Assembly (NCBI GenBank): GCA_013239625.1
Contig: MU053487.1
Coordinates: forward strand, 2,129,058-2,193,057
Length of the DNA stretch: 64,000 nt
Direction: 5' to 3'
From: Lama guanicoe
Lineage: Eukaryota
Positions 13,201-26,185 of the stretch are shown one piece after another (positions within the stretch are counted from its first letter, which is position 1; each line of letters opens with the position of its first letter). The translations under genes and the position numbers were made by a program. The notes under the pieces are model-generated. The model was not told the DNA's origin and did not search any database. It worked only from the letters and a program-made list of their open reading frames with translations.

Positions 13201-16200
13201 TGTATTTTTTTAAAGGATGGCTATTACAATAGGAAGGACCTTGCCAGCTATCGCATTCAAGATTCTGTGCCCAGAGTGGACCAAACGGGTGAGCAGTCTG
13301 TCTTACGTCAACGTCCCTAGAGGCAGAGTCTGAGACAAGAATCTGGACACACATGGTTTCCTCGGAAAGCACCCTCAGAATTAATCTGTGAAGGGAGGAG
13401 GGTAGCCGGGTGGGACAAGTAGAAGCAGCTGAGCAAGGATGTGGTCTCAGGCATAGTCTGGCCCTGTCCTGAACTACAGAGCAGCTATGAAGCAGAATCC
13501 ATACCCCAGAGGTGTCACTGCTTAAAGTAAAGGAGCTTGTACTCCCATATTCGTCACATCCGCAGCCCTTCAGGCCAGGGATCTTCCTTCATCCCAAGAC
13601 AGTTTTCCAGCTGGGAAACACTAGCAGCCGACACTCACAAAGCTCCGAGGATAGTACACCAGCTCAATATAGGGGATCCTGGAGAGATACCACAGCCCCT
13701 TTGCAGAGTATTGTTTTGCTTGGCCTCATTTTTGTCCAGCAAAACTCCGTAAACAGCAATGCTGGCAAACCTTATTCCAGCACCTTCAGGCTTCTGTAAG
13801 GCCTTTGGGGAATAGTCCTTCTACGCGGAATGAGTCTCCAAAGCCCCAGTTCTGAAGTGCATGCCAACATAGAAACAAAACCTATGACAGAGCAGTTTAG
13901 ATTGCTGCTATCAGATCAGTCTTGATAAACTAGAGATTCACACCAGGACTTGTCCCTGGGCCCTGGGGATTAGGGAGAGGGAAGCCAAGGGATAGAAGGA
14001 CAGGAGCACAGACCCTGGCAATTCCAAAGTCAGAAAAATCATATTTTCAGGAGTCTGACATATCCAGTTAGATTCCAAGGCCTGGAGAGTTTCTGATACT
14101 CTCAGACCCATAGTCTCCCCATCAGTTAAAATGCAATCATAATTTGCACCTTGCATATTTGCTGAAGGAGGAGATGTTCCAGAAGGCCCCTAATGGAGTG
14201 CTCATTGGATGCATAGCTCAATAAACAGAAATTTACTGCAGTGACACATATCTATGCTTTCCATTCCCACCCACTGAACTTCATTTCCCAACTCCAAACA
14301 GCCAGATTGTATTTACCCACTGCAGAATCCAAATGAAAACCACAAACACTCAGATACTAACCAAAAAAGCCATGGGGCAGAGCACTGAGTTGTGTTCTTA
14401 TAGAGCCATTTTCTCGGTCTGAAAGATAATATTAAAAGACACCAGGCACTGGAGAAAGTGGGGAGGAAAACAGCCCTGGTGGAATAGAGAGGGAGAAATG
14501 GGAGAGTCTGCAAAGCACAGCCTGAGTGTGAATCAGCTCAACACTGTAACACCAGTAACGAGTTTTGATTAAGCCAAGAAGGCACTAAGTTGTGGTCCTT
14601 TCCATTGCCTTTTGAGAAGGATCATGAACTGCCTGCAGCCAACCCATTACTCTTTGTCATCTCCTGTGGAAATAATCCTGGAGATTCTGTCCAGCCCCCA
14701 TCCAAACAACCCCACAGGGGCAACCACCATCTGATGACTGGGTCCCACCTAAGTCTTGCTCACATGGACAATGAGGATGGGCACTGGGCACTATGAAGGC
14801 ATGAAGAGAAAATATAAACCACCCTCCCCCCACATGCTCTTCTGTTTTGCCTATGGTTGGTCCTTTTGACTTTCACAGTTACTCAACGAGACTCCAAGAA
14901 GCATCAGATGCTGTCTAAGGTTGCACAAGTCCACCACCCAGGGGGTACTCAGCCAAGGTGCCAATTCTATTCTGCCCACAGAGTTGTTTGGGAGAAAAGC
15001 CATGGGCTGTGATAATTTACACTTTGATTTTCTTTTATTTGTTTAGAATTTGGTGTCCCCTTCCATGTCTCCTCCCTCTCTTTTCATCCCAGCTCCAATT
15101 ACAAAATTCCATTGTACAGAATTCTAGTCCACAGGAACCTATATCAAATTAAGGAAGCCATTGGTGTACACAAAAACCTTCATTTCAAGAGGGTAGGACA
15201 GAGTGTGCTATGTAATCAAAGGCAATTAAAGACATTCATGCAGTTGTGAGTATACATCCTTTGCATACACAATTATGAAGAATTGTTCAGAAAGCTTACA
15301 CACTGTGGTGCTGGATGGTTTTCAAGGGCACTTAAGGCATAAGAAGCACTTATTTGGAGCTTGCAAACATGAGTTTTGTTTGTGCTCTTATGCATGTTTG
15401 GCAAACACAATGCAGGCTCTGCTTTCAGAACATTTGACCCTAAATAAAAAGAAATGTGTCAGCAAATCCACCAAGAAGTACACTAAACACAAAATGTCTT
15501 CTGTTGGATCCTGAAAGAGGCTGAGGTAGACCCTGTGCCCTAGCTAAAGGCAACATCTGGATGCAATTGCCAAGAGTTCTGGCTGCTTGGGCCACGTCTA
15601 GCAGAGACTCAGAAAACCTTACCAAAGGCCCAGTGTGTTTTTCATGAAGCTACCCAAAGCTTTAGCACACCTGGAGCCAATTACGAGGGCAAAATGTCCA
15701 TGTAAGCAGGATGAGCTCACCCTGTGCCTCGCAATGATCTCAAATGTTTGCCATCTACTCCAGGACACGCGAAGTACCACCTACATGTGTATCGGATTTC
15801 TTGGATGGGGTGGGAGATGGGGAAGAGAATATGTTTCTACCATCTTTATTTAGTAAATAAGAAACAAGTCAAGACTTTACAGTCCATCTACCAGGTTGAA
15901 GTGCCAGCTCAGCTTGTTCTGTGACTAAGCATGTTACATAACATTGGCCTCACTCTTCTCCTTGGTAAAAGAAAAATAATAGTACCTGCCTCATGAAACT
16001 GTTGAGGACCAAGATGGTGGTCAGTGTCAAGTGACCACATCAAGTAATCTTGCAAAGAATGCAAGCTAAAAGTGTTCAATTTCTCTACTGCAGTCTCCCT
16101 GGGTCTTCTCTGACTTCTATGCAGAAAAGTCTCCTCCATTCAAAATGTTAAAACTTTATCTACGATTCCCCCTCACAATTCACCACATCTCCATTTCCTT

Positions 16201-17102
16201 AAATGCCAAGTCTCTCAAAAGAGGAGTCTGCGTGCGTGGTCCTGCCTCTTCCCTCCCCTCGGCGCTCACCACCTGCTCCCTCCCACACAATAAATGACGG
16301 AGATCACTGATCAACAGCCTGTACCACCTGACTCTGAGTGCTTCCCGGCTACCCCACCGACACCCTGGACACGTGAGTGGAGTGAGAGAGTAGAACGCGG
16401 ACAAACACGATATTTGCCACCTGTGAGCAGAAACTTTGAATGTGTTCATTCCTTTTATCTCTGGCCTCTAGCATTCTCGCCTTCTTCCACGAGAACAGCA
16501 TGGAAAAGAAACGCTATTGCTTTAGGCTGAGTCCTGGAATGAGAAGATGCCTTGAGCCCAGGAAAGCCGTCCAAGAATCACAGCCAACTCGCAGGCTTCA
16601 TTTAATTTCAGAACGCAAGGAGTGTTTCATTCTGCCGAGAAATGGGTAGTTTGTTACTGCAGCAAAAGCTGACCAATATCTAGTCTCTGCTCCCCTGCCT
16701 ACCTAAGCAGCCCCACGATAATGATCAATAAGGGATGATCTGCCAAGGACCTCCCCGCTTCTTCATCCAACTCCCCCACTTCCTCCACCCACCGCTCTGA
16801 TGCATGAGTCCCCGGGGTCTGCCATGTTTGTAACTGCCGGCTCCCCTGGCCACCAATCGTTGGCTCCTAGGTGGTATGTGATCCAGTCTGCAGTGGGAGA
16901 AAAGCATGAAGCGACCACACACACAAGCAGAATGAGAGGCAACTTCCGACGGGGCTTGAGGCAACGGCTAAAGTTGTTATTTCTGCTGCTAAATGCTCAC
17001 ACCTGGGAAAGACGTGATGCTGGCTGACGGGGGCATGGCCGGGGGGGACACACACGGACAGGGAGGAGAGCGGTCCTCTGTTCGGACAGGAGGGGACCTA
17101 CC

Positions 17103-17122
17103 GGAAGCCATCTGGTGGCTGG
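17103..17122 (-). promoter_or_regulatory. CTCF-like motif in the CpG island
   Basis: Minus strand reads CCAGCCACCAGATGGCTTCC. Confidence 0.5.
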
Positions 17123-17509
17123 TGAACAGCAGCGTCAAGAGTCCGGTCCAGACCGAACAGGCTGGCGTTGAACTCGTTTCGAGCCACGTCTCCCCGTTCA
17201 GACGCGGTCTTGACCGCCGCCGGGAGGAGCCGAGCAGATGACTCCGCGTGGTGACGGGAGCCCTGAAGGCGAACGCAAGGGCCTGAGCGAGGCTGACGGA
17301 ACCTCGGGGCGGGAGACGGGGGCCCACAGGGTAGACCGGGGCCACCAGACGGGCGGCGAGAGCTCGGGTCTGACAGGCCATCCCAGGACGGTGACTGGAG
17401 GCTTCCACCCCCGCCAGCGGCCTCGCCCGGCCAGCCTGCAGCCCAGCTTGCAACTCACTTGCGGCGCAGCCTCACGGGCTGGGACCGCCCACGCTCAGAG
17501 GTCACAGGA

Positions 17510-17524
17510 GGAAGCTTCCAGAAC
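17510..17524. promoter_or_regulatory. Perfect 3-unit heat-shock element nGAAnnTTCnnGAAn
   Basis: Sequence gGAAgcTTCcaGAAc; function not shown. Confidence 0.45.
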
Positions 17525-19694
17525 AAGCAGGCGTGTTTTCTGGGTTCAAGGGTAAAACAGTCCTGCACTCCACACCTCAGCTGTGTTTTAAGTGCGGCGA
17601 GGAAGAGGAGTCTGCGCCAAGGAAGGAAAGGACTCCGCGAACACCACCTTTGTCCTTCCAGAGAGAGGCGGAAGCGGGCAGAGCAGCCCCCACCAGGCGG
17701 ACCCTGCGCAGGGGGTCCCGGCAGAAAGCGCCGGGCGCCGGGGTGCGGCGGGGCCGGGCCGTTCTCGCGCTGGCTCGGTCCCTGCTGCCTGACGCCGGGC
17801 CGCGGTGCACTCAGGGCGGTTCCCAACCCACAGCCCCTCCCGGGGCTCCGGGCCACCCGGGCTCAGCGCGGAGCCGGCTGCGCGCCTACGGAAGCCGGCT
17901 TGCTGGGGGAGCAAGGAACCCTGCCCAGCATTTACGGAGTAAAGGCAATAGTGACTACAGCTGAGTGGGTCACAGGTCCTAAAGCAGCCCAGAAAATAGT
18001 AATAGCCAACAGCGGCTGGGTGCTGCGTGCTAACCGATGATCTAAACACGCATACAGATGGCTTATTTTAAGCCTCATAACGTCCCCACCAGACAGATGC
18101 TATTAAAAGTCCCATTTTACAGATGAGAAAACTGAAGCATGAGACAGTTTAATTAACTTCTTTAAGATTAAGGGAGATTTGTTGCGGGAGCTTTAAATTA
18201 AGGGAGACTTGTAAAGGGAGTATGTAAACATTTAGACACAGGAATGTTCTTACAGCACGGTTTTTAATAACGGTAAGTTTTGCATAGTGACACTGTAGAC
18301 AAACTTAAATGTCCAGCAATAAGGAATGGGTGAAATAAATTATAGTACACCCATACAACATTACAAATTATCCTCTAGCTGTGTGTGGATTGGAAATGAA
18401 AATTGGTTGATTAGGTGTTATTCAGCAAAAAAAAATCAGGGCACAAAATAAATTAAGGCATAATACCATATGTTAGTAATTATACACATAGACGCTTTTT
18501 TAAGCTCTGAAAGAATATGCATCCAGGTGTTAATAATGATCTGCATATGGTAAGGTTGTGGATGTTTTTGGTCACTCATCCATTTTTGTTAAATCTTCTA
18601 ATAAAAATGAATTGCTTTTGCATAAAAGAAAAGTTAGATTACTTTTTAAAATAATGAAGCAGAACGGAGGATTATCTGAGCATCCAGATCAGGTGTGCGG
18701 AGGGTGTTCAGTTCCATGGACACTGACTACAAGGCCCCGGGGGCAAGGGGAATTAGTGTAATCAAGCATTTCCCAAAAGTATGTTGCTTTAAAAAAAAAA
18801 AGGGTGCTTCTTGGTCAAATAAATTGGAAAATTTTGTCACTCCTCTTGAAGATTCACAATGCATACATTCTGTTAAAAAGAAAAGAAACAGGAAAAGCCT
18901 GTTTTGCTTAGCGTCCGCCAGCTTCTCCCAGTCTTACTCACTCCCAGAGCTCCTTCACATGCGATGCTCGTTTGTAGTTCAATAAGCGCTCACACGTTTT
19001 GGAGGCGGTGGTATTCTGTATCCCTCTGCCCACTGCTAATGCCCTCCCCTCTTCAGCAGGTGTTGTTCCCAAGAGAATCTCCCAGAAAACCTTCTACTTT
19101 CAAATCGCCACCTCAGAGTCTGTTCCAAACAATGACGTTTGAAAGGATTAAATAAAAAGAAGAAAAGACAGATAAACGGCAAGTTAGAAAAAATAAGAAT
19201 CATGCTCTCTTATTCTTATGTGCTTTAAAAGTTTTTAAGTAATGTTTTAGCAAGAGCGCTAACTTGTGAAATGCTATGGCAAGAAACGACACAGACTGAT
19301 TACAGAACTGGGTTGGGGCTGTTTTCTTTAAGTCTCTTAAACACAGATCTCAGCCGCCTGACCCTTCAGTCTAATATCACCACGCTTCCCACAGCATGAA
19401 CGAGGGATGCTACAGAGTCGGCAGCTTATCTTACCTTTTGTTTCTGATCTTCCAAATGTTAACTAGATGGTCGTTCACTTTATTCCATCCAGTTCGTGTT
19501 CAGTGTATATTTGGCTGGGTGACTTTTACTTACACTAGCTAATCTAGATTGTCCAAATGGCCCATTTCATGCTCCACCTAAACCAATGAGTGGCCCTGAA
19601 CACCTCGCTTTCTTGGACTCTGTGCCATATCATCTCTTAGGTTTCCCCCTACATAATAGGTTCCTTCTCTGCTTCTTCTTTCTCAGGTGAAAGC

Positions 19695-19846
19695 TTTTTT
19701 TTTTTCTTTAATTGAAATATAGTTGATTTACAATATTGGGAAATGAGAAATGCTGGAGAGGGTGTAGAGGAAAGGGCACCCTCCTGCGCTGCTGGTGGGG
19801 ATGCAGTTTGGTGCAGCTACTACGCAGGACAGTACAGAGGTTCCTT
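19695..19846 (-). mobile_element. Short L1 insertion with internal inversion
   Basis: Poly-T plus reverse L1 3' terminus (19695-19738) abutting a forward ORF2-end fragment (tgctggagagggtgtagaggaaaggg...gaggttcctt). Confidence 0.75.
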
Positions 19847-20913
19847 TTCTGCTTTTTTGTGACTCTCCCCCCTCTACCCAAAATCTAAATGTTGGCATTC
19901 TTCAGGATGGGGTCTTTACTTCGCTCTTTTTATCCTCGTTGGATAAACTCAACAGTCCTATAGTTTTAAATAAGACCCACATATAGGTGACAACCACCTT
20001 TACATCTCCAGCGGGTATTAAACTTGACGTGCCACCGAGGATTATCTGGGAGGTATCGCAGACTTCATACATCTGAAATGGAAGACTCAAATGACACAGC
20101 AGCCACCTGGCTGCTCATAGCGGACACCTGGGAGCCACCTTCCATCCACCTTTCCCCACTGCTCCCTATGTGACTCTGAGAAACAGCAAACAGTGAAAGA
20201 AGCCGCTGTGAGATGCAAAAGAAATTTTTATAATGAATCTAACTTACGCTCTCATTAAAATACAAGAATACATCAGCTCTGTTTTTTAAATGTAAAAAAT
20301 TAGAAAAGTGAAAGGCTAAAGGACGGACTCAGAACGAAAACTCACTGGGAAAAAAAAATGAAGTCACTGAGAAACTGTGCCAGGAACTAAAAAACACAAA
20401 AATCAGAATTGAATTCTGTTTCGATGTGCATGAAAAACAGAATCAAAACTACAGATATGCAACAGAAGGAAAACTACCCATCAGTAATAATAGTCTAGAT
20501 TTATAATCCCAAACGAGAGATCAAAGAACAGGAAACAGCATAGTGAGGGGGGGAAAGGTATCAATCCTAACCCCAAGAATGACTTAAGAAGGACTGCTAG
20601 TCATTAAATTGATCATAAATTTAAAAATTGGAGAAACAGATGAATGTTTCAGAAAAGTGGAACAATAAGAGCAAAACGGAAAGTGTGACATACTTAGCAA
20701 GTGACTGCGGAAATAAAAAGGGAAATGTGAGGACAAGTAAGCAGTAAAGAAAGCAGTCCAAAGGCCAAATATTCCTATCAGAACACAAATGAGGTGAATT
20801 CCTCTGTGGAAAGGGGCGAATTCTCTGACTGGGTTAAAAAGTAAAGCCAACTAACTATATCCTGCATAGAAGGACTTCTAAAAGAAAACGGTACAGAGAG
20901 GTGAAAAGTTAAA

Positions 20914-21012
20914 GTAAAGAATATGAAAACAAATGCATGTATATAGATGCTTGATGGGCCATTATGCTGTGCACCAGAAACTGCCACATTCTAACTGACT
21001 TAAAAAAAAAAA
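20914..21012 (+). mobile_element. Very short L1 3' tail
   Basis: L1 3' UTR end plus A-tail; TSD aaaagttaaa on both sides. Confidence 0.8.
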
Positions 21013-22290
21013 AAAAGTTAAACTACGGACAAGAAAAGGATATTTAATCAAGAAAAAACCCATGGTGACAATATAAATATCAAATTAAACAGAATTAAAG
21101 GCATGAAAAAATTTTTAATTGTGAAACATTATCTGTTAATAGCTTCGAGGTTTATAAGACAGAATTTTTGTTGCTGGTGGTGTGGCAATCAGGCGGCTGT
21201 ACCAGCCACCCACGTAATTCCCACCTCCCTCGGGATCTTTCTTTCTACATCTAATTGCATCCTGCAACCCCAAGACAACAACCCTGGAAGAAGAGAGGGG
21301 GCACCAACAGTCCGCTGGGGCAAGGGCCCCAAAAAGGAGACCCCTGAAGGCTCTAACAGCAGTAAATAATGGACAGTAGAGATTGTCACGAACTCCATTT
21401 GTTTAAGAAAGAAAAAGACAGTGGAGATTGAAAAAAAAAAAAATTCCATTTTCCCCTGCCAAGGGACCCAGCATGAACTGGGCTAGGAATTATTCACATC
21501 CACCTCCAAAGGGAATTCAGGCAGAAACTGCATGGACTTAGAGTGGGCCCAAGGGCACTAAGTCCCAGCCTCGACACACAGTAAAGACCAAACCAGAGAC
21601 CTCCTGATTCCAGCAGCCAGAAGGAAAAAAGTGGGCAGCATCTTAGAAATACTGCAGACCTAGATCTACGAGAAAGGCTTAAGTGAAAGCTTACCAAAGA
21701 CAAAAACAAAATCCCACAATGTCTCCTGAAAAGGAAAAAGAAAGAAAAGCGTGTGTCTCTGTGTATGTGTGTGTGTTTATTTATCTTGAAACAAACAAAG
21801 TCCCAACCTCACTCTGCCAACACTGAAGGATAATCATCTTGCTAGTCTTTGGACTCTGTGGATGGAACTAAATTAAAAAGGCAGCCCTGGGGGCTGAAAC
21901 TCAGCTCTCCAGCTTACGAGCACAAGGCAATGGGTCAGACGATTTGAGGACTGTGATGCAGATCCCGCCAATTCTCCCGTGGAGTGGGTGCCTGCTGGGA
22001 GCAGGGCGCAGGACTGGGAACGGGAGATGAAAGAGACAGTAGGTGAGTTAATAAAAGAGAGGCTGTGCGGGGAGTAGGGATAATCAGGTGCTATACACAC
22101 TGAGGAGTAGGTATGATCAGTCCAATTCTCCATATGGTGGGGAAAGAAAAAATGCTTCATGGGAAGCCAGGATGATGTCTCTTTTCCTCCTCACAACACC
22201 CCAAAGGACACACACATTACCCTCATTTTACAAGGAAACAGGACAGGCACTCAGTAGTGCCCAAGCTCACTCTGCTGACAAGAGGGATGG

Positions 22291-22399
22291 CCTTTAATGA
22301 AAAAGAATATGAAAATGAATATATGCATGACTGGGACATTGCACTGTACACCAGAAACGGACACATGGTAACTGATGGTACTTCAATTAAAAAAAAAAA
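22291..22399 (+). mobile_element. Very short L1 3' tail
   Basis: gaaaaagaatatgaaaatgaat...cttcaattaaaa; TSD aagagggat on both sides. Confidence 0.85.
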
Positions 22400-23624
22400 A
22401 AGAGGGATTGAAACCCACCGTTGCTTAATTCCTCAGCCTGTGTGTCTCAAATCACAATATACTTCCTATCTCTGACGTTTATGCTGGATGCGCTGATGTA
22501 CTGATACATCCTTTCTTTAGATGTGCAAGACCACAGTTATGCTATTGTAAAGGGCTTTCCTCACAGGCTGTAATACATTCCTGTATCTAGTTAAATTCCC
22601 TTCGTTCTAGAAGCAGACTGCACATAGGAGTCTTCAGGAGCTAGAGGCGTCTTCTTGGTTGAGGCGTTTTTGGTGGAGTCCATGTAAACATACAGAAATA
22701 CATACATATATATATATATATAAAACTAAGGGTCACATCCCTCAAAAAGAAAATCTAGATAATTTAAGTGACTGTATTAACTCCCCCATTCCACCTCGCC
22801 TTGGTGTGCACCAACAGCTGCAGACACCCAACATACAAAGTCTTTGTCAAAAATCGTTACTTATCTTCTTTCAACTCACCATGGCTCTCCCGAGACATCT
22901 GAAAAGTCTCTGGGAGAGCCATAACGAGCAAACCCCGCTCCCTCTCATAAATCACGCTATTGTTCACCGATACACCATCAACACGGCCCCATTTATCTCC
23001 CCAAAGCAAGCCCGGCAAGAGTACGTTCAGAAAATATTGGTCATGTTATCTTCCCAAAAGGTTAAGAGAAGGATTTGCTTATCTATAATGATTTATGGAA
23101 CTGACAAGCGGGTGCACACACGTAGCCAGGAAATGCAAAAGAACAGACAGGATGGCTCAGAACAAAATGATGGTGTCAGGGCGGCCATTCTATAATGGGA
23201 CAAAAGAACCGGGATTCATAAATCACATTTGTCAGGAATAAACAAAAAGAGAACCAGACGAGGCCAGTGCCCCTGGCTGTTTCTATCTCTGCCATAACTT
23301 GTTGGCCTGCCCTGCCCTGCCTCTGTCAGAGATTAAGGGCTTCTATTGCTTTCTCGCTAGTCTCCAGATTAGGTCTAAACACCAATAAATAAGACACACT
23401 GGCTTCTGATAGTGTGTCCTGTTCATATCTGACTTGCCCAGTGACTGTTCAATGATTTTCCATGACTTGGTGATTTAAGCTGTGAACAGGAGCATCTGAG
23501 CAAGACCCCATGTCAGTGCCATCCAGGGAACCAGCCCGCCTGGACTTACCTGAGTGACTCTGGACAAGTTGTCTGTTTTCTCTTCATTCATTTGCAAGAC
23601 TATTTTAAAAAACACATTGTCCAT

Positions 23625-23897
23625 CTCAAACATAGAAACCAAACTTGTGGTTACCAAAGGGGAAAGAGGTGGTGAGGAATTAATTAGGACTTTGAAATTA
23701 ACAGCAGATGCACACGACTATATATAAAATAGATAAACAGCAAGGACCTACTGGGTAGCAGAGGGAATGCTATTCAATGTCTTATAATAACCTATAATGG
23801 AAAAGCATCTGAAAAACAACAGCTATAGATGGATAACTGAATTACTTTGCTGTTCCCCTGAAACACTGTAAATCAACTACACTTCAAAAAACAAAAC
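23625..23897 (+). mobile_element. L1 3' UTR fragment
   Basis: catagaaaccaaacttgtggttacc...tgtaaatcaactacacttcaaaaa. Confidence 0.85.
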
Positions 23898-25019
23898 TAC
23901 TTTATCCATCAGTTTGAAAAGTAAGGTAAGAATCCAGTTGAACCAAAAGAAACAAAGAAACCACAAGAAGTCATTCCAGTGGCCCAGCTCCCACCGCTAT
24001 TTCATTGGCAAGCATTTAGGAGGGTGGGGGCAGCAGGTAACTATTTATAAAATTGTCTTAAAAGACGTGCCTCATGTCTCCAAGTGAAGAAATGGAATGG
24101 ATGGATACAAGATTTGTTGGTAGTCTTAATTCTGAAATTGTATCACTGAACTTGTGAAAAAGAATAGCTAACCATCTGCTGATTTCTTTGACATTTTAGG
24201 ACCAACTAAACTATGCTCTGGAATAAAAAATACTTTTTAACTTCCCGGTTTTTGCAAAATACTCCCTCGTGTTTTATTGTGACCCTAACTAGAATTCAAA
24301 GACAAACAAACTTCAGTACGATACCCCACTCCTGCCCCCAGCAGTTCCTGCACTATTTTAAGCTCCGACTGCACAGTGGGTAGCGGTTGGTATGAGCACC
24401 TTGCCAGAAAACCTTTATTTTCATTCCCTAGAGAAGACAGCTCACCTCCAGGTGTTCTATTCAGTGGATAATGGGCATGCTGTGATTCATATGCCTTTGT
24501 TTTCATCCATTTTGAAGCCTGAGCTTGGAACAAATCTCATTCTAAGACTGCAGGATTAAAATAGGGAAGGTATTACTAGACCAGGTTCTTCTCCTGGTCC
24601 CTCTCGCCCACTCTTCTCCTTCGTTAATGGGCCGCACCCCCACAGGGAGGCAGCCCTGGGTGCCCCACTCCTCACCCTCAAGCTTCACTTGGGTCCATGT
24701 CGGCAGCTCCATCCCTGCTCTGACCTACCCTGGCTCCTGACTTGCCGGCTCCGTGTCCAGCCTAGGGCCCACCTCCTAGGCTTGATCAACCTCTCCCACT
24801 TGCGCTTTCTTGCTTTTCCTGGGACAAAGCCTTGCACTTGCTCTCTGGGTCCATTTTATTTTCAGTGAGGTCACCTGACCAAGGCCTGGCTCTCCACTTA
24901 GGTTACGGTGATCCTCCCAGACCTCCCAAGAGAAGAGACGTGGCAGGAGATTTATATGTGACCGTAACATCCATGCTCAGCTACATCACAGTATGAACAC
25001 AGACCCTCCCCTTCCTCAG

Positions 25020-25200
25020 TCCCTCAAATCACCCAATGAATAGTTCAAGGTAATGATCATAAAGATGCTCAATGTACTCTGAAGAAGAATGAACAAACAC
25101 AGTGAGAATCTGAATAATAGGTTAGAAAACAGAGCTGGAGTACAGTGACTGAAATAAAAAATACACTAAAAGGATTCAACAGTAGATCAACATGTCATTA
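25020..25200 (+). mobile_element. L1 ORF1 fragment
   Basis: ttcaaggtaatgatcataaagatgctcaat...gaaataaaaaatacactaaaagga. Confidence 0.6.
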
Positions 25201-26116
25201 AATTAAAACACCTGTTGTGGTCAAGCCATCAATCCTTCCCAGATTAATACATAAACTGAATACAATCAAATTAAAATTGCAGCAAAGTATTTTGGAAAAT
25301 TTAACCAAATGATGCCATATGGATCTGGAGGATACTCAAGAACGAGTTTTCAAAGCAGAATAATGAGGGATGTTAACGTATCTATAAAACAAGAGTAGAC
25401 AGACATAATCACAACTCACATGTGAACATAACACAACAGTTTACCAGACGCATTTATAGTTACTATCTCATTTAATCCATGTAATAAACTTTATAAACCA
25501 GACAGGAATTATGTACAGGAAGAAACTGAAGCTCAGAAAGATTAACGTGTGCAGTTACTCAGCTCAGACTCACTCCTGGTTGTGTGCTCTGGTCCATCTC
25601 ATCTTGGAGGATGGCTACAATCATTGATCAGCTATACTTTTGGAATCAATTCCCAATTTTATATATAAAAGAGCAGGTAAAATGGAGGTTCGAATGTGAG
25701 AAATGTCCTTGCTCTATTAAACAACTGCTTTCCTTTGAGCATAGACATAGCAAGGTGTTGACATCATGACAAAACAAACCACAATCTCACAGAGTTGAGA
25801 CACCAAACACCTTTGGGTTTCTAAAATCTGATATTAATCAACTACTTAGCACAGGCTTAGCTTTAAGAGTTGGTTTTCCCCCAGACAGCACCATCATGCT
25901 ATAATCTCTGCTACCTGCCTTAGAATCCCCAGGATTTTTTGCGTAATTTGCCCCAGCCAAATTCTGCTTGGAGTACTTACAGATCTGCCTGACTTTTATC
26001 TTCCCAACAGGGATGGCAACTGCTTAAAACTGACTCTGAGGCTGTCCAATATCTAACACAGTACTACATCAATATATAAATATGTGAGTAAACAAGTTTC
26101 CTGAGTCTTTAAAATT

Positions 26117-26185
26117 ATGATGATGGTGGTGGTGGTGGTGATGATGCTGGTGATGGTGATGATGATATTGGTGGTGGTGGTGATG
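26117..26185. repeat. (GAT/GGT)n trinucleotide tract
   Basis: atgatgatggtggtggtggtggtgatgatgctggtgatggtgat... Confidence 0.9.

Larger units (their letters stand above)
16900..18050. promoter_or_regulatory. CpG island / promoter-like region
   Basis: Dense unsuppressed CpGs and high GC against an AT-rich background; GC boxes (ccgccc 17485-17490, ggcgggg 17747-17753) and ETS-like cggaag motifs. Confidence 0.85.

Noticed and set aside
16989..18049. Many overlapping 100-190 aa ORFs on both strands
   Set aside because: Expected from stop-codon scarcity in a CpG island; R/G/P/A-rich with no recognisable domain.
18164..18220. 30-bp imperfect tandem duplication (attaagggaga x2)
   Set aside because: Small local slippage between old repeats, with no sign of function.
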